From the IMG/VR virus record IMGVR_UViG_3300037502_000756, positions 1 through 62,544 of that record: a DNA stretch of 62,544 nucleotides; one strand, written 5' to 3'. Under the pieces are notes generated by a model. It was not told where the DNA came from, made no database searches, and was given only the letters and a program-made list of their open reading frames with translations. Both the position numbers and the translations under genes were made by a program. Shown piece by piece: positions 9,387 to 18,096 of the stretch. The first letter of the stretch is position 1. Each line of letters starts with the position of its first letter. Source of the stretch: a virus (lineage: Duplodnaviria; Caudoviricetes).

Positions 9387-9570
9387 TGTTCTTCTCCACC
9401 GGCACATCGCGCCATTCGCCGGGCGCACCGTTCACCCAATGCACGTCGTGCGCGCTGCTCTCCCACCACTGCTGGAGGATGCGAACGGTGCGGGTAGTGG
9501 AACAGCCGAATTCTTGGCTGAATGTCGGCACTTCGCGCTCCACAAAGCGCAGCTTGTTGGTCGGGATCAT
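9379..9570 (-). CDS. Hypothetical protein (PT.KLRFVER...LQQ.W...GEWRDVP)
   Basis: AAGGAG RBS and coupling. Confidence 0.6.
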   Translation of the reverse strand: MIPTNKLRFVEREVPTFSQEFGCSTTRTVRILQQWWESSAHDVHWVNGAPGEWRDVPVEKNNG

Positions 9571-9965
9571 TGGTTCTTCTCCTTCAGCGCGGCCTCGACG
9601 GCGCGAGCGAATCTGAAATAACGGTCATCTCGCAGGTCTTCAATCTCCTCCTCGCTCAACGACTGCCACTCGCGGCGGGGCGGGTGGGTGTAGAGGGGCA
9701 CCGTGCGATCCGGTTTACGGCCGATGTACTCGCGGGAGTAGAACTCTCGCTGTAAGCCGGATGGGGTGTCGTATTCATAGATATAGCAGTACGGCTCCTG
9801 CTCCTCCTGCGCCAGCGCGGCGCGGAGGGCTATTTCCGCCCGGTCCGCCGAGTCAGATGCTCGCGTGTAGATGGAGTCACCCGGGGCATGCAAAGCGTCA
9901 AGGGCTTTGACGCAGCCCTCCAACGCCTCCAGCGCCTGCTGGGCGGCTTGTCTCAGGTCAGCCAT
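9567..9965 (-). CDS. Modular hypothetical protein (AAQQALEALE / QEP / PLYTHPPRREWQSL)
   Basis: Shares modules with 9958-10560. Confidence 0.7.
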   Translation of the reverse strand: MADLRQAAQQALEALEGCVKALDALHAPGDSIYTRASDSADRAEIALRAALAQEEQEPYCYIYEYDTPSGLQREFYSREYIGRKPDRTVPLYTHPPRREWQSLSEEEIEDLRDDRYFRFARAVEAALKEKNQ

Positions 9966-10560
9966 TGTTCTTCTCCTTCAGCGTTTGCTCGATGGCGCGG
10001 GCAAATTCTTGCGGGCCCATGCGTTTGTGATAGGTGTCGTGGATTGACTGGATCTCCTCCTCGCTCAACGACTGCCACTCGCGACGGGGCGGGTGGGCGT
10101 AGAGGGGCTCGACGATGTAGCTCTTGTCGCGCTTGCATGAGACGTAGTAGCCGTCGTCTGACAACGACCACGGCGAGCCGATCATTGGCTTATAGCGCCA
10201 CGCCACCGGCTCCTGCTCCTGCTGCGTCGAATTACGACAGCAGTCAAGCACCTCACAAACGCCGTCCTCGGCGATGTCGCAGGGGGTTTGTGCGGGATCG
10301 GCCCGCTCCTGCTCTGGCGCATACCGTTGCCGACCGACGTAAACAGCAGCAGGTTGCCCGTTGGCACCAAAGGCTTGGCAGTCTGCCGGAGTGCGGCGTA
10401 ACGCTCCGTTGTTGTCCTCAAAAACAACGTGCATTTTCGCCACTGGCTCCTGCTGCGCCAGCGCAGCGCGGAGGGCGGTGATCGTGGCGCTGCGTCCCGC
10501 CGGATTGTCTTGCTCCAACGCCTCCAGCGCCTGCTGGGCGGCTTCGCGTAGCGTGGTCAT
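9958..10560 (-). CDS. Modular hypothetical protein, paralogue of 9567-9965
   Basis: Same N-terminal, QEPVA and C-terminal modules. Start ATG at 10560. Confidence 0.7.
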   Translation of the reverse strand: MTTLREAAQQALEALEQDNPAGRSATITALRAALAQQEPVAKMHVVFEDNNGALRRTPADCQAFGANGQPAAVYVGRQRYAPEQERADPAQTPCDIAEDGVCEVLDCCRNSTQQEQEPVAWRYKPMIGSPWSLSDDGYYVSCKRDKSYIVEPLYAHPPRREWQSLSEEEIQSIHDTYHKRMGPQEFARAIEQTLKEKNNG

Positions 10561-10799
10561 ACCCCACCTCCCAACAGCGTCAAAGCGCCGACGGCCACCG
10601 TGACAGCGACCGCAACGGCGAGCATCAAGAGTGCAACCCAGTCGAACGCGTTCAGGTCGTCGTCCTGGCCGATGTCGGTGGCGGCTTCCGCCGCCTCGGG
10701 ATAGCGCCCCTGTTGGTCCGTGCCCAGCGCACGGTAACCGGACCGTGCCCACACAGTGGGCTCGGTGCCATCAGGAAACTCGGTGTCGTGGTATCTCAT
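10557..10799 (-). CDS. Small protein with C-terminal TM helix
   Basis: AEAATDIGQDD followed by a hydrophobic tail. AAGGAAAG RBS. Confidence 0.6.
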   Translation of the reverse strand: MRYHDTEFPDGTEPTVWARSGYRALGTDQQGRYPEAAEAATDIGQDDDLNAFDWVALLMLAVAVAVTVAVGALTLLGGGV

Positions 10800-10948
10800 G
10801 GCGCTTTCCTTTCCACATGTTGTGCCAGTAGCCAGCGGCTCCCAAGCCGCCGAATGGCGCGTACCCAGGCAAGCTGGTTGCGCCTGTCCAGGCGTCGGTT
10901 ACCCGTGGCCCAGAGGGCTCGGGCCTTGCGGAGCATTTTGGTGTTCAC
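10796..10948 (-). CDS. Small basic protein (MNTKMLRKARALW...LGSRWLLA)
   Basis: GTG start with a GGAGG RBS, coupled to neighbours. Confidence 0.55.
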   Translation of the reverse strand: MNTKMLRKARALWATGNRRLDRRNQLAWVRAIRRLGSRWLLAQHVERKAP

Positions 10949-11145
10949 GCTGCCTCCGGCATCGTTACCCTGAGATCCGCCGCCATCTCCAACCAGCCTT
11001 GCTTTGTGCTCGGTGCTGAAAGACGTAGGACATGCGTGAACCATTCCGGGTACTTACCTGTGTATGGAAACACAGCCAAAACGATAGCGGGTTTGTTGTA
11101 CCAATTCGGATACAGTGATCCGACTTCGGGGATTTTGTATTTCAT
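10945..11145 (-). CDS. Hypothetical protein
   Basis: ATG at 11145 with a GGAGAG RBS. Confidence 0.55.
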   Translation of the reverse strand: MKYKIPEVGSLYPNWYNKPAIVLAVFPYTGKYPEWFTHVLRLSAPSTKQGWLEMAADLRVTMPEAA

Positions 11146-11173
11146 TTGTGCTCTCCAAAAGCGTTTAGCCAAC

Positions 11174-11241
11174 AAAAACGCCCTGCCCTGGCGGGTGTTG
11201 AGCGTTCGGCCATGAAAAACGCCCTGCGTTTGCAGAGCGTT
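11174..11241 (-). terminator. Two tandem related intrinsic terminators
   Basis: Minus-strand hairpins at 11215-11241 and 11174-11199, both ending GCAGGGCGTTTTT. Confidence 0.6.
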
Positions 11242-11263
11242 GAGTGATGAGGTCAGGGGTCTG

Positions 11264-11515
11264 TCAGGCGGTGCGCCACACGCGCAGGCCATCGGACATG
11301 ACGGCGGTGCGGGTCTCCAGGCCGACGAACTTCTTGCGTGCGTTCAGCACCTTGCGCCGCCACGAGTCCACCACCTTCTTGCCCTCATCACCCGACGGGT
11401 CGAAGGGGATCAGGAACGAGTCGCCGACTTCCATGTCAGCGAACGGGAACGAGGTCCCACGGCGACCCGGACGGGTACCCTTGGGGATGGAAACTCCAGC
11501 TTCGATTTGGAACAT
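11264..11515 (-). CDS. Small putative DNA-binding protein (FPF..MEVGDSF.IP...GLRVWR family)
   Basis: Recurrent phage family motif, GAGGA RBS. Confidence 0.65.
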   Translation of the reverse strand: MFQIEAGVSIPKGTRPGRRGTSFPFADMEVGDSFLIPFDPSGDEGKKVVDSWRRKVLNARKKFVGLETRTAVMSDGLRVWRTA

Positions 11516-11618
11516 GTTGTCCTCTGATGCACCCACTGAGTAGCAGCGGGCGAAGGGTTAGCGCACCGGGGTCGGTGCTTGGTTGACGGCTACTCCGTTG
11601 ATTGGTGGTCAGACTTTA

Positions 11619-11906
11619 TCAGCCCGACTCGTCGGTGTCAACAACGCCATCGGTGTTTATTGGCTCGATCCAGTACGAGTTTTCCCCTACTCGCACGCCG
11701 ATGTTGTACACCTGTTCAGGGTGCCCAGCGTCCAGCAGAGCCATCGCCTCGATCATCCATCGGGGTAGCGCCCCACGGCGATAGTAGCCCATCTGAAGTT
11801 TGTCGGGTGACTTAGGGTAGGTCGTGACAAGGATGAGCCCGGGGTTGTCAAGCGGAGTGGTGTTGATGTGGTAGGACGCTTTAAGGTTGCGCTCGGGGTC
11901 AAGCAT
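11619..11906 (-). CDS. Hypothetical protein
   Basis: Coupled to the upstream gene. Confidence 0.55.
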   Translation of the reverse strand: MLDPERNLKASYHINTTPLDNPGLILVTTYPKSPDKLQMGYYRRGALPRWMIEAMALLDAGHPEQVYNIGVRVGENSYWIEPINTDGVVDTDESG

Positions 11907-12198
11907 TGGACGCCTTCTTTGCGGCTTCCGCCCGGTCGTGCTCCTCCTTGGCATCGGCGTTGGCACGCATCGTTGCGAACTGCACCGGGCCCAGGGTGCG
12001 GATGGTGGGCATGTACTCGGGCTCCAGCTTTATCGCCATCGGTCGATGGTTCTGCCAGTTGTTTTGGTACCACGTCTGAACTTTGTACACGTCGTGGCCT
12101 GCGAAGAGATCAAACACCGCCATCGCGGCGTTTTTCGGGACAATGAACTCGTTGCCTCCGAGGGATAAGATCACCTTGTCGAACTGTGCTTTGCTCAT
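11899..12198 (-). CDS. Hypothetical protein
   Basis: AGGAG RBS. Confidence 0.6.
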   Translation of the reverse strand: MSKAQFDKVILSLGGNEFIVPKNAAMAVFDLFAGHDVYKVQTWYQNNWQNHRPMAIKLEPEYMPTIRTLGPVQFATMRANADAKEEHDRAEAAKKASNA

Positions 12199-12250
12199 GA
12201 TAGCTCCTGTGGTTGGGGTTGGGGGGGGTGACACCCGGTCCGCGCCGGGG

Positions 12251-12541
12251 TCATTTCGCCGCGTCATAGAACATCTCCGCGATACCGAACGGCGGGTCAT
12301 AGCTGTCGGGGAACTCCATTCTAAGGCTTTCGGTCCATAGCACCCATGCAGACCGAGATTCGACGTGACTCAGCCTGAACATAGGCCCCACTGTGTGGTA
12401 CCCTTCCGGGGTGATGCGGTTCTCGTACAGCGCGTACTGCGCTGGGAACCCTACGGTGATATGCCATTGCCGCCCGGGGCTCAGGGCTTTGGGCAGGTCC
12501 ATGCTCGGGATAGCTTGGCGGCGGTCACGAGGCTGCGTCAT
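12251..12541 (-). CDS. Hypothetical protein, tandem paralogue A
   Basis: PGRQWH..YALYE..PPF..AE..YDAA pattern shared with 12525-12806. Confidence 0.6.
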   Translation of the reverse strand: MTQPRDRRQAIPSMDLPKALSPGRQWHITVGFPAQYALYENRITPEGYHTVGPMFRLSHVESRSAWVLWTESLRMEFPDSYDPPFGIAEMFYDAAK

Positions 12542-12806
12542 ATAACACCTCTGCTTTCTCAAAGGGTGGTTCATCGGACTCAGAAAGTCTGACTTGCCAC
12601 AGCACACCGTCGTTCAAGAACGCTGACACAAACCAGCCGTCGAGAAAGCCAGAGTGTGTCAATGTCGCTTTCCATTGAAACGTAGGGGTGCCATCCGATG
12701 TAACACAAGGCTCATATAAAGCGTACTTCCGTGGACGGAAGTCGTTGACGAGATGCCACTCCCGCCCGGGGCGGAGCCCGGGGACGGGCCCATCAGGCTG
12801 GGACAT
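12525..12806 (-). CDS. Hypothetical protein, tandem paralogue B
   Basis: PGREWH..YALYE..PPF..AE..YDAA. Confidence 0.6.
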   Translation of the reverse strand: MSQPDGPVPGLRPGREWHLVNDFRPRKYALYEPCVTSDGTPTFQWKATLTHSGFLDGWFVSAFLNDGVLWQVRLSESDEPPFEKAEVLYDAAS

Positions 12807-14004
12807 ACAACGTCTCCCCCACCGGGGCGCGGAGCCCCTTGGTGCTGATGCACCACAGCGTCGGGTGCTTGAGGCCAGCAGGCCACGGCGTGAAGCCATC
12901 GGTGAAGACGATCACAGCGTCGGGGTTCAGCCCGCGCCGGTCGATGTAGTCGAACAGGCTGCGCACGTCCGTGCCCCCGCCACCCTTGGGCTTCGTCGCC
13001 TTGGCGATGTCCTGCACCCGCTCGCCCTCGTACACCTCGTGCGCTGCGACAGACGCATCCCAGTAGATCACGTCAACCATCTGCGGGCAGACAGTCTCGC
13101 AGGCACTGGCCACCTCACTGAGGGCTCGACGCAGGGCGTCGTCCCCGATGGACCCGCTGGTGTCGATGCCGATGACGATGCGGTTCACTGCTTCGGTGTA
13201 ACGAGACGGTAGGTAGAGATCCTGCCCGAGCCAGCGGCGTGCGGGCCGCGCCCACGTCGAGAGGTCACCGCCCTTGGCGGTGTTGGTCAGCCACTCACGC
13301 AGCACGTCCTGCCAAGGCACCACAGGCTCAAGGAGTGACGCAACGTCCCGGGACATGCCAGCACCCGTCTTGCCTGCGATCAGCGCCCCTTGGCGCAGCG
13401 CAGTATCAACAGCCTTGGCTACCTCCTCGGCCTCGGCCTCGGTCAGAGGTGCAGGCCCCTCACCCTCGTCACCGTCGCCGTCTCCGACACCCGCAGCGGG
13501 TTGATGCTGGTCGAACTGCTGACCCTTGGGCCCGTTGCCCTGACCCCCGCCGCCTTGCGGCTTGGACTGAGCCTGTTGTTTGAGTCGCTTGTACACCTCA
13601 CCCGTGTCGAGCCCAGCGTACTGCGGATCGCAGTAAGCGTTCTCCCAGATGGTGAGGAACTGCTCGCTTGGGTCCATCGCCTTGAGCATGTTGTTGATCA
13701 CCATGTCTTTGGCAATGTTGGACAGTTGCGAGTCCTCCTTGTCGAGCTTGGCCCAGGTCGTCATGTGCATCAACATGACGTGGAAGTATTCGTGCAAGAT
13801 GACGAAGCGCAACAGCCGGTCGTCGCACTCATCAATAAACTTCCGACCATAAAAGACATCACGGCCATTGGTTGCCGCAGTGGGCATGTCATCGACAACC
13901 TGCCATGAGCCGATCATCAAGATCGGTGAGATGGCGGTGAAGCGCTCGTCGCGCATGATCTTGGCACGGGCTTTGGTGATGCGCTCTTCTGCTGTTAGGT
14001 TCAT
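12793..14004 (-). CDS. DUF2201-type metallopeptidase plus VWA-domain protein
   Basis: TAATNG, HEYFH (HExxH), MIDAS DTSGS, GGGGT, FTDG. Confidence 0.88.
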   Translation of the reverse strand: MNLTAEERITKARAKIMRDERFTAISPILMIGSWQVVDDMPTAATNGRDVFYGRKFIDECDDRLLRFVILHEYFHVMLMHMTTWAKLDKEDSQLSNIAKDMVINNMLKAMDPSEQFLTIWENAYCDPQYAGLDTGEVYKRLKQQAQSKPQGGGGQGNGPKGQQFDQHQPAAGVGDGDGDEGEGPAPLTEAEAEEVAKAVDTALRQGALIAGKTGAGMSRDVASLLEPVVPWQDVLREWLTNTAKGGDLSTWARPARRWLGQDLYLPSRYTEAVNRIVIGIDTSGSIGDDALRRALSEVASACETVCPQMVDVIYWDASVAAHEVYEGERVQDIAKATKPKGGGGTDVRSLFDYIDRRGLNPDAVIVFTDGFTPWPAGLKHPTLWCISTKGLRAPVGETLYVPA

Positions 14005-14058
14005 GTGGTTCTCCTTCGGAGCCCCGGGACTGGCCCGGGGCGGGGTTGTGGTGGGTTG

Positions 14059-15105
14059 TCAGCCCATGATCCAGTTGTTGGCCGTGCACCACTTGGTGAA
14101 TGAGTCGTTCAGGGCTGCGAACTTCGAGCGCTGCGGGATGCGCAGGAACTGGTTGACGAACACGGCTTGAAGCTCCATCGGCAGGCGCTTCATGTAGACC
14201 ATCACCGGGTCGAGCGTGTCCTGCGTCGTGCGGGTGATCGCACGGTGCACCAGCATCATGCACATCGTCGGTGTGTCAGGCACTGGGGCCTGCAGCGGGC
14301 TCGTCACGATGGCGTTCCACGACGGCAGCTTGTTGCCCAGTTGTACGAACACATGCAGATCGGCAGCGGAGCGAGCGCCGATCAGGCCAGCGAGCAGGCC
14401 CCGCATGGTGTCGTCGTCGAGGTGCTCGGCGTCGTTGAGCACGCGACCGGCAGCGGTCATGCTGCGCGGAGAGCAGAAGGCTTTGCGGCTCGGGTCTTTG
14501 CGATGCCAGATGTAGGGGTTCTGATCGGGGTTCGCCACGTCGTCGTCCTCGGCCAGCACCTGGGGCGTCTCCGTCACCCAAGCCAGCACGGCAGGGTTGC
14601 CGTTGTTCGCCAGCGAGTAGTTGATGTACTCCTCGACGTTGGGCTTGCGCATCCTGACCACGGACATGCGGTTGCGGACATGCAAGGGCAGCGTGTCACC
14701 GACGCCCTCGGAACTCAGGTTGGTGGTTGCGAACACGACCGAGCCGGAGGGGAGCGGGCGGGTGCCGACCCGACGATCCAGCACGACGGGCAGGAGTGCG
14801 TTCTGTACTGACCTCGGAGCCTTGCCGAACTCATCCAGGCAGATGACGACAGGCACGTTGTCATGCACACCGAACACTTCGTTGGGATAGAAGGTGCTCG
14901 TCCCCGTGGTGTGGTTCACCGACGGGATCTGGATGTCGCCCACATCGATCTGAGTGCAGTCGATGTAGACCTTGCGGTGCGTCGGCATGTTGAGCATGCC
15001 GAGGATAGAGGACTTGCCCGAGCCCGAAGGCCCCTCGATGAGCACGGTGGTGTGTTGGCCGACAGCGTTGATAGCTGCTGCGCATTGGTTGATGCTGAGT
15101 TTCAT
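14059..15105 (-). CDS. MoxR-like AAA+ ATPase
   Basis: Walker A GPSGSGKS, Walker B CLDE, ATTN, NR arginine finger, SPRS. Confidence 0.88.
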   Translation of the reverse strand: MKLSINQCAAAINAVGQHTTVLIEGPSGSGKSSILGMLNMPTHRKVYIDCTQIDVGDIQIPSVNHTTGTSTFYPNEVFGVHDNVPVVICLDEFGKAPRSVQNALLPVVLDRRVGTRPLPSGSVVFATTNLSSEGVGDTLPLHVRNRMSVVRMRKPNVEEYINYSLANNGNPAVLAWVTETPQVLAEDDDVANPDQNPYIWHRKDPSRKAFCSPRSMTAAGRVLNDAEHLDDDTMRGLLAGLIGARSAADLHVFVQLGNKLPSWNAIVTSPLQAPVPDTPTMCMMLVHRAITRTTQDTLDPVMVYMKRLPMELQAVFVNQFLRIPQRSKFAALNDSFTKWCTANNWIMG

Positions 15106-15156
15106 GATCACTCCTGTTAAACACGTTTATCAATAAAGGGGCCGGAGCCCCGGGGG

Positions 15157-16092
15157 TCACAGCGCGAACTTGTCGAGGATGTCGTCCATCGCACGCTTGG
15201 TGGCGTGCTGTAGTTCGGGGGACTCACGCAGCGAGTCCATGTCCACGCGGGTCAGCGCCCGCTCCAGATCACGCCGCGCTTCCTCAAGGCGCGGGTCGTT
15301 GGTGACGTTGAGATCGCTCAACATCTTGCACAACTCAAGGCCCTGCTCCAACATCGAGTCGTACAGCTTGGGACGGCGGGGCTTCTTGATCTCGACCGAC
15401 ACGACCGTGCCGTTGTCGTCGGTCTTCTTGATCTCCTCCACCCTGTCCGGGTCATAGCTGAGCACGGCCTCCATCCGCTCTCGCACCCACTCGACCTGGG
15501 TCTTCACACGCTGCCACGTGTCCTGCACCGCAGCCTGCACCCGCTCGGTCGTGGCACGCTCGTACTGCTCAGCGAGGTGACGCTGTGCCTCGTGGCCGAT
15601 GTCCACCCGGAAGTCACCCGACGAAGGCAGTGGGCTGAGGGACAGCCCGAAGCGGAACTTCGCACGCACCTCGTCAGCCAGCGGGTACTCGCTGCGGTCG
15701 AACAGCGCACCCATCTCGAAGGCTTGCTTGCTGATGGCCGTGCCGTACACCGACAGGAAGGCTTGCACCAGGGCGTTGAACTTGGACTCGTACTCCGCCG
15801 CTTTGGTCGTCACGTCGAGGTACTGGCGGGTGGTGATGAGCCGTGCACCGTTGTCGTCCCACGGCAGGGTGCGGGAGTTGAACCAGATGCGGGCTTCGCC
15901 CCGCAAGGACTTGATCGCCTCCAGTTCGGGGCACTCCGAGAACAGGTTCTTGGATACCGATGCTGCCTTCTTGCTCTTGGCACCCTTGGAGCCCAGGACT
16001 TCGTCCCGGGTGGTCTTGTCTTGGATCCGCGCTTCCCACACAGATATGTTGAGGGAGCCAAGCATGGCGGCGGTGGTGATGTCGATCTTCAT
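15157..16092 (-). CDS. DUF3150-like helical phage protein
   Basis: TLPW...G.RL, LFDRSEYP...VR.KF, LNVTNDP.L. Adjacent to the AAA/VWA pair. Confidence 0.6.
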   Translation of the reverse strand: MKIDITTAAMLGSLNISVWEARIQDKTTRDEVLGSKGAKSKKAASVSKNLFSECPELEAIKSLRGEARIWFNSRTLPWDDNGARLITTRQYLDVTTKAAEYESKFNALVQAFLSVYGTAISKQAFEMGALFDRSEYPLADEVRAKFRFGLSLSPLPSSGDFRVDIGHEAQRHLAEQYERATTERVQAAVQDTWQRVKTQVEWVRERMEAVLSYDPDRVEEIKKTDDNGTVVSVEIKKPRRPKLYDSMLEQGLELCKMLSDLNVTNDPRLEEARRDLERALTRVDMDSLRESPELQHATKRAMDDILDKFAL

Positions 16093-16134
16093 AGTTTCCT
16101 CTTTCGGGTTGTGGGGGCGGTGCCCCCGGGGTTG

Positions 16135-16767
16135 TCAAACGCGCTTACCGTCTTCGTCAAACTCGTACTCGTTGATGGTGATGGCCTCGTCAACCTGCTC
16201 GTCGGCTAACTGGTACTCATACTCCTGCTCTAGTTGTTTGTAGATCCACCGGGCGAAGTCACGCAACGCCTCGATGATGCCCTCCTCCGCATCCGTCGGC
16301 ACGGGGCAGTATTCATCTTTGGGTTTGTAGACTTGTATCTCCATAGACATCTCGTGGCAGTAGCGACCGGACTGCCTGATATCTGCACCCAGTTGATAGA
16401 ACGCCTGTCGTTGGGCGGCGGCCAGGGCTTTGGCGATGCGGTGGAGTTCTTCGTCCTTCGGGGCGTAGGCTCTGACAGCAGCGACGCTGTCCTTGCGGTG
16501 CTTGTATATACCCTTGAACGATGCCCCGTCGCCCTGGCTCCAGAAGCCCGACCAGTACACGGACGGGCCCCACGATGACGAGCCGTCGGCACGGCGCTTG
16601 CGCTCGCACCGTATATTCAGTCCCATCAGCTCGGCCACGTCGCATGCGTCGTCGATGACGCACTCTGCGTCGAACTCGTAGCGGCTACGCCACCACTCGC
16701 GGGCCTTGGCCTTGGCCTTGTCGCTCAGTTCGTTGAACTGATAAACGGTTGTTGTCATGGTTCTCAT
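16135..16767 (-). CDS. Conserved phage protein (VY.F.ELSD.AK.KA.EW; SGFWSQGDGASF.G; NEYEF.EDG family)
   Basis: Recognisable recurrent family, often loosely annotated as an antitoxin. AAGGAG RBS. Confidence 0.7.
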   Translation of the reverse strand: MRTMTTTVYQFNELSDKAKAKAREWWRSRYEFDAECVIDDACDVAELMGLNIRCERKRRADGSSSWGPSVYWSGFWSQGDGASFKGIYKHRKDSVAAVRAYAPKDEELHRIAKALAAAQRQAFYQLGADIRQSGRYCHEMSMEIQVYKPKDEYCPVPTDAEEGIIEALRDFARWIYKQLEQEYEYQLADEQVDEAITINEYEFDEDGKRV

Positions 16768-16786
16768 TGCTTCTCTCCTTTCAGTT

Positions 16787-16861
16787 TCAGATGATGCCCA
16801 GCATGAGCAGGGCTGCGGCTATGGCGCAGACTGCGAGCAGCAGCTTGTCGTCGGTGGTCAT
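16787..16861 (-). CDS. 24-aa single-TM peptide (MTTDDKLLLAVCAIAAALLMLGII), not in the ORF track
   Basis: Translated by hand. ATGA overlap with the upstream gene and a GAGGA RBS. Confidence 0.5.
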   Translation of the reverse strand: MTTDDKLLLAVCAIAAALLMLGII

Positions 16862-17208
16862 GCAAGTTCCTCAGGGATGTCGATGGTGTCGCCCAGTTTG
16901 CTGGCTACGTAGCAGCGCATGGCTGCGATCAGGGGCGTGGGGCCGACACCCCAGCGCCCGCCTGCGCCCTTTGCGGACAGGCTCGGGCGGGCCTGCCAAA
17001 TAGAGTCCCGCATCGCGGGGATTTCGTGTCTGATGCTGACCTCTTCCCGCTCGATGATCGGGCCGCCGTGCTGCCACAGCACAGACGGTTGAAAGATCAA
17101 ACCGTCATCGAACAGCGGAATGCTCATGTCGTACTCGGGGCCGTACCATACCTTCGCCACCGCCCAGTCAAGGGCAGGGCCGGTGAGGTCTGCGGTTCTG
17201 ATCTTCAT
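16858..17208 (-). CDS. NinX/DUF2591-family protein
   Basis: L.GPALDWAVA...PS..W..GGPIIERE...GPTPLIAAMRCYVASKLGD. Confidence 0.8.
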   Translation of the reverse strand: MKIRTADLTGPALDWAVAKVWYGPEYDMSIPLFDDGLIFQPSVLWQHGGPIIEREEVSIRHEIPAMRDSIWQARPSLSAKGAGGRWGVGPTPLIAAMRCYVASKLGDTIDIPEELA

Positions 17209-17220
17209 TGCTTCTCTCCT

Positions 17221-17544
17221 TCAGCGGACGAACCGCGTGTTGACGTAGTTCTTGAGGACGATCTGCTTGGCCTCGTCTCGTGACCATGCGCGGACGTACA
17301 GGCGTGTGCCCATCGCCGCCGGGGCCGTCGCAGTGTCGGGGTTGAACGCACACCAGAGGTACGGTACGTCTGCGCCGCCGCCCCAGTACGTCCCGTCGGG
17401 TGCGTAGCCACCATCGACGAAGCGCACGCGCTGTAGGCGCAGCACGATGTGCCCGTCGTACTGGTCACTGGCACCGAGCGGTGCCCCGCCACGCTGTAAC
17501 GGGCGTGGGTTCTGCCTGAGTATGCGGTTGATGTCGAGCTTCAT
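17221..17544 (-). CDS. Hypothetical protein (GAP.G...RV....GGY...G.YWG family)
   Basis: Recurrent phage early-gene motif. Confidence 0.65.
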   Translation of the reverse strand: MKLDINRILRQNPRPLQRGGAPLGASDQYDGHIVLRLQRVRFVDGGYAPDGTYWGGGADVPYLWCAFNPDTATAPAAMGTRLYVRAWSRDEAKQIVLKNYVNTRFVR

Positions 17545-17606
17545 GGTCTGTCGCCTTTCTGGCACCGTGGTGCCGGGGTTGTGGGCCTGCGGCCCGGGGA
17601 GACCGC

Positions 17607-17840
17607 TCAGCGGTCGAAGGTGATGAAACACACGGTGCACTCACCGTGTGGGCGGAGTTCGATCATGTCACCATAATCGACGGTGACGGTGCGCTTGCCC
17701 GTCCAACCTACGGCGTGCTTGGCACGTCGCACGATGCTGTACCTCGACAGTGCGTCGGGGGCTTCGAGCGTGGCCCTGCGCACCCAGGAGTAGTTCGGCT
17801 CGTGTCCGAACGTGTCGGTGACTTCGATGTTGATCTTCAT
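17607..17840 (-). CDS. Hypothetical protein (E.TDTFG.E.NYSWVRR family)
   Basis: AAGGAG RBS. Confidence 0.65.
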   Translation of the reverse strand: MKINIEVTDTFGHEPNYSWVRRATLEAPDALSRYSIVRRAKHAVGWTGKRTVTVDYGDMIELRPHGECTVCFITFDR

Positions 17841-17874
17841 GTCAGCTCCTTCCGCCCCCTCTCGGGGGCATCGT

Positions 17875-18096
17875 TTATCGGTAAATCCCACCCTTGTTGT
17901 TGATCCCCCTCGCCGCTTCGCGTGCGAAGTCCGACGTGAAGAACATAGCGCCTTGTTTGTGGGGCGTGAGCACCGTCCAGCCCTTGCGCTCGGCCTTCGC
18001 CTCCTCTTCCCCGCACCACAGGCAGAGCCTGTAGCCGAGCGACACTCGGCGAGGGTCGATGTCGTCCCCGCACCGGGGGCATTCACTGATCTTCAT
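17875..18096 (-). CDS. Zn-finger protein (DksA/TraR C4-like)
   Basis: CPRCGDDI.PRR..LGY..CL.CG. Confidence 0.6.
   Translation of the reverse strand: MKISECPRCGDDIDPRRVSLGYRLCLWCGEEEAKAERKGWTVLTPHKQGAMFFTSDFAREAARGINNKGGIYR

Noticed and set aside
9567-10560. Diversity-generating retroelement TR/VR pair
   Set aside because: No reverse transcriptase in the genome, and the differences are not adenine-specific.
16135-16767. Toxin-antitoxin module
   Set aside because: The family's antitoxin label is not supported by anything in the sequence, and no toxin partner is evident.
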